The notes under the pieces are model-generated. The model saw nothing but the letters and a program-made list of their open reading frames with translations. It did not search any database and was not told where the DNA came from. A DNA stretch of 41,990 bases from Chiloscyllium plagiosum (taxonomy: Eukaryota). Position 1 is the stretch's first letter. Each line of letters begins with the position of its first letter. A program made the position numbers and the translations under genes. This document shows, one piece after another, positions 37,188 to 41,990 of this stretch. The DNA is taken from positions 80,543,500-80,585,489 of the forward strand of contig NC_057718.1 in assembly GCF_004010195.1 (NCBI RefSeq), given 5' to 3'.

Positions 37188-37820
37188 TCATACAACACAA
37201 AACAGACTTTTCGGTTCAACTCATCTGTGTCAACTAGACATCCAAATCTGACCTAGTTCCATTTACCAGCATTTGGGCCACATCTGCCTAAACCCTTCTT
37301 ATTCACTGACTCATCCAGATGCCTTTTTTTAAATCTTGTAACTGCACTTGCCTTCACCACTGCCTGTGGCAGCTCATCCATACATGCACTACCCTCTGTG
37401 TGAAAAAGTTACCCATCAGATCCTTTTTGAATCTTTCCCCTCTCAGCTTAAACCTATGCCCTCTAGTTTTAGATTTCCCTATCCTGGGAAAAAGACCTTG
37501 TTTATTCGCCCTATCCATATCCGTTGTGATTTAATCAATCCCTATAAGGCCACACCCTCAGCAAGTGGAAAAAGCCCCAGCCTATTCTGCCTCTCCTACA
37601 ACTCAAACCATCCAGTTCCAGCAACATTCTTGTGAAACTTTTCTGCACCCTCTCAAATTTAACAATGTCTTTCTGTAGAAAGGGCGACCAGAATTGACAA
37701 CAGTATTATAAAAATGGCCTCACCAACGTCCTGTACAGCTGCAACATGATGTCCCAACTCCTATACTCAATGTTCTGCTCAATGAAGACAAGTGTGCCAA
37801 ATGCTCATCATCACGCAACC
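37188..37820 (-). mobile_element. CR1 3' fragment
   Basis: Similar to 4160-4790. Confidence 0.85.
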
Positions 37821-37839
37821 AAATTTCAGTGGAAATTTA

Positions 37840-37924
37840 AAGCGAAATACTGCAAATGGTGGAAATATGAAATAAAAACAAAAAGTACTGAAGAAACTCA
37901 GCAAGACTGTCAGCACCTCTGACA
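37840..37924 (-). mobile_element. Short PLE terminus
   Basis: Similar to 11641-11720. Confidence 0.6.
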
Positions 37925-40900
37925 GCTGCCTTCTTGAACTGTTGCAGTCTACCTGCTTTGGATTGACCCACAATGCCATTAGGGAGGGAATTCCAGGATT
38001 TTTACCCAGCAACAGAGAAGGAACAGCCATTTATATCCAAGTCAGCATGGTGAGTGGCTTGATGAGGAAATTGAAGATGGAGGTGGTCCCATATATCTGA
38101 TGTCCTTGTCCTTTTAAATGGAAGTGTCATGAGTTTGGAAATTGCTGTCTGGGGATCTTTGATGAATTTCTGCAGTGCATCTTGCAGATAGTACACACTG
38201 CTGCTACTGAGTGTCGGGTGGTGGAGGGAGTGGATGTTTGTGAATGTCATGCCAATCCAACAGGCTGCTTTGTTCAGGATGGTGTCAAGCTGCTTGAGTG
38301 TTATTGGGGCTGCACTCACCCACTCAAATGGAGAGTATTCCATCACACTCCTGACTTGTGCCTTGTAGATGGTGGACAGGTTTTTTGGGGAGTCAGGAGG
38401 TGTGTTACTTACCGCAGTATTCCTAGCTTCTGCAGTATTCCTAGTAATGTTACTTGCCACTTGTCAGCCCAAGTCTGGATATTGTCCAGATCTTGTTGGA
38501 ATTTTGAATGGACTGCTTCAGTATCTGAGGAGTCACGAATGGGTGCTGAACATTTTGCAATTATCAGCAACATCCCCTTTTCTGACCTTATGATGGAGGG
38601 GATGTCATTGATGAAACAGCTGAAGATGGTTGCGTCCAGGATACTACGCTGAGGAAGTCCTACAAAGATGTCCTGGAGCTGAGATGACTGATCTCCAACA
38701 ACAACAGCCATCTTCTAGTGTGTCAGGTATGACTCCAACCACCAGAGAGTTTGCCTCCAGATTCCCATTGATTCCAGTTTTGCCAGGGCTCTTTGAGGCC
38801 ATACTCAGTCGAATGCAGTCTTGATATCAAGGGCTGTCTCTCTCACCTCATCTTTGGAATTCAGTTCTTTTGTCTATGTTTGAACCAATGCTGTAATCAG
38901 GTCATGAGCTGAGTAGTCCTGATGGAACCCAAACTAGACATCACCAAGCAGGCTATTGCTGAGCAAGTACTGCTTGATAACACTCTTTATGACACCTTCC
39001 ATCACTTTACTGATAACTGAGGGTAGATAATGGGGCAGTAATTGGCTGAATTGGAATTGTCCTGCTTTTTATACACAGGATGTACTTGGGCAATTTTCCA
39101 CATTACCAGTGTTGTAACTGTACTGGGTAGGGGAGCAGCAAATTCTAGAACACAAGTCTTCAGCACTATTGCTGGAATGTTGGCAGGGCCTGTCGCCTTT
39201 CCAATGCCTCCAATTATTTCTTGATTTCACATGGAGTAAATCGAATTTGCTGAAAACTGATATCTGTAATGCTGGTGACCTGGAGGAAGTCGACATGGAT
39301 CATCTACTCAGCACTTCTGGCTGAAGGCTGATGCAAAAGCTTCAGCCTTAACTTTTGCTGGGCTCTTCCATCATTGAGGATGGGGATATTTGTGGAGCTG
39401 CCTCCTCCAGTGAGTCGTTTAATCATCCACCATCAGTCATGACTCGATGTAGCAGGACTGCAAAGCTTAGATGTGATCCATTGGTTGTGGGATCACATGG
39501 CTCTATCTATCACTTGCTGCTTATGCTGTTTGACATGCAAATAGTCCTGTTTGGTGGCTTCGCCATGTTGATAAGTCATATTCAGATATGCCTAATGCTA
39601 CTCTTGGCACACCCTTCTGCACTCTTCATTGAACCAAGATTGATCTCCTGGCTTGATAGTAATAGTTGAGTGGAGGACATGCCAAGCCATGAGGTTGCAG
39701 ATTGTGCTGGAGTACAATTCTGCTGCTGTTGATGCTCCACAGCACCTCATGGATGCTCAGTCTTGAATTGCTAGGTCTGTTTGAAGTCTGTATCATTTAC
39801 CACAGTGATAGTGCCACACATCACTGTGCCATACTCAAGGCGGGACCTCATTTCCGCAAGAACTGTGTGATGGTTATTCTTACCAATACTGTGGAGGTAG
39901 AAATGTTGGACTGGGGTGGACAAAGTCAAAACTCACACGACATCAGGTTATAGTTCAACGGTTTATTTGAAACTTGCGGTTGAACTATAACTCGGTGTTG
40001 TGTGATTTTTGACTCTTACCAATGCTGTCATGGACAGATGCATCTGCAGCTGATAGATTGGTAAGGATGAGGTCAAGTATGTTTTTCTCTCATTGGTTTT
40101 TTTCACCATCTGCTGCAGACCCATTCTAGCCACTTTGTCTTTTAGGACCCAATCAGTAGTACTGCTGCTGCCGATCTCATCTTGGTGGAGGACATTGAAA
40201 TCATCCACTCAAAGTACATTTTGTGCTCTCAGCACCCTTAGTGCTTCCTCTAAGCATTGTTCAACATGGAAGTGTAGTGATTCATCAGCTGAGGGAGGGC
40301 TAAAGTGGTAATCAACATGAGTTGTCCTTGCCTATATTTAACTTGAAACTATGAGACTTTCTGAGGTTCAGGGTCAACGATAAGGACCCCAAAGAGACAA
40401 CTACTTCTGACTGTTTACTACTGTGCCACCAGCTATACTGGTTCTGTCCTGCTGGTGGGACAGGACATGTCCAGTGATGGTGCTGATGGTGTCTGGGACA
40501 TTGTCTGTAAAGTATGATTCCATGAGTATGACTACTTCAGGCTGTCTCAATTTTGGCACTAGCCTCCAGATGTTAGTAAGCAGGACTTTGCAGGGTTAAC
40601 AGGGCTGTTTTTATCATTGTCCTTTCCAGCACCTAGGTCAATGCCAGGTGATCTGTCCAGTTTCATTTCTTTCAGACTTAGTAGCAATTGGCACAACTGA
40701 ATGGCTTGCTAGGCCATTTCAGAGGGCAATTGAGAGTCAACCACATTCTTGTGGGTCTAAAATCATGTGTAGGCCAGACTGGGTGAGGATGGCAGATTTC
40801 CTTCCCGAAAGGATATTAGTGAAGCAGATGGGGTTATTCCACCAATTAACAATGATTTCATGGTCATCTATAGATTCTTAATTCCAGATTTATTTTTATT

Positions 40901-41001
40901 GAATTCAATAAAATTCATTTGCCAGGGCAGGATTCAAACCTGGATCCCACAACATTAACAGGATCTCTGGATTAATAGTCTAGTGATAATACCACATGGC
41001 C
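37925..41001 (-). mobile_element. CR1-group LINE of a distinct family (APE and RT) with a tRNA-like/SINE-like 5' region
   Basis: YKAQVRSVMEYS, GLPQRSILDATIFSCFINDIP, QQDLDNIQTWADKWQV, MDDFNVLHQ; APE start VLLTNIWRL at ~40587; B-box-like GGTTTGAATCC at 40930-40940 on minus. Confidence 0.85.
39893..40013. mobile_element. 121-bp fold-back PLE-terminus insertion with 15-bp TSD
   Basis: TCTTACCAAT(A/G)CTGT at 39878-39892 and 40014-40028; arms ~39924-39961 and ~39977-40014; similar to 31810-31890. Confidence 0.85.
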
Positions 41002-41990
41002 GTTGTGATTCCCGACTCACTGGTGCGTACTTCCATTGCTCTTTGAATGATTTTAGTGTGCGTAAATTGGGATTGTGTGAAAAAAGCTATACAGATGCAT
41101 ATTACTTATTTCTTTTTCACAGTTCTTTACTAGCAGTATCCATTTAGGCAAGCAACTACAAAGATGTTAAATTCTACTGTCAATATATTCATATAATGAA
41201 AATAATATATTAATTGTCACAGAAGATAACATTACTTGGTTTTTGTGAAGATATACCAGCAATATGTAAAATGGAAGTGTCATACTTATCTATTTGGTTC
41301 TCCAGGGAGAATAAATTTTGAATCTAAATCTTTGATTATTCTCAGACATTTAATCAATCCTGCAATGTTTTTTCTGTGTAAAGTTCTTACAAGATTGTTG
41401 ATACCTGGAGACAGTCAAACTCCAATGTCTGCCCTTTTCCCATCATCTCTGGCAACCTTTGGTTATCTTGATGCCAACAGTCTTTAATCTTCCCACACAG
41501 TGATGAAGGGAAACTCCTGGTCTTCCTCCAGGGAGATGGTGTGGCTTGTCTCCCTGGATCTTATTGCCTTTTCTTTCCTCCTGTCCCAGTTAATATACTT
41601 TACTTTTGTGAGAAACAAAGCTCACACACTTCAATAATTGCAGTCCGAGACAAAATCTGAATCAGTAGTGTCCTTTATTTTACTGAGGGTGTGATGTCCA
41701 GTGTCTACAAGGCAAGGGACACACACATACCAAATTCAATTAATACACGATATTTATATAATTTGGTTTCTATTTTTTTCATTGCTCCTCCCCTGTTTAC
41801 ATCTTCCACTTCCCTAAGACCGGCACCCATTACTCATGTTTATCTCTTGCCTTATCCAGCCTTGTCTATGACAAAATGCTTATTTCTGGCCTCACAAGGC
41901 CGTTTGACCTCATCCCGCTGTGGGTCATTGTTAGGCATATTCTTGCTTCACCATTATCTACTCCCTCCATCTGTACCTTCCCCTACCATA

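Noticed and set aside
38414..38444. 13-bp direct repeat GCAGTATTCCTAG
   Set aside because: Small slippage/deletion scar within a decayed LINE
40925..41001. tRNA gene
   Set aside because: A/B-box-like motifs only; no convincing cloverleaf or terminator; continuous with a retroelement

Overview
Repeat-saturated vertebrate genomic DNA, almost certainly from a shark (inferred from the repeat families: HE1/V-type and Deu-type SINEs, CR1/HER1-like LINEs). It is probably intronic or intergenic and has two N-gaps. No intact host gene was recognised; the longer ORFs are decayed transposon fragments or N-gap artefacts. Content includes many CR1-clade LINEs (one near full length, ~27.5-31.8 kb), Rex1/Babar-type LINEs, nested Ty3/Gypsy remnants and solo LTRs, Tigger-like MITEs and at least nine Penelope-like element (PLE) pieces. 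The most notable signal is a set of minimal hammerhead-ribozyme motifs (CUGAnGA-A-stem II-GAAA-NNUH) in PLE termini from about three sequence families. Several sit in fold-back, non-coding mini-elements with 14-15 bp target duplications. The window also has several clear template-switch scars, and a LINE whose endonuclease begins just downstream of a tRNA-like Pol III head. All family names come from by-eye motif recognition, not database searches.
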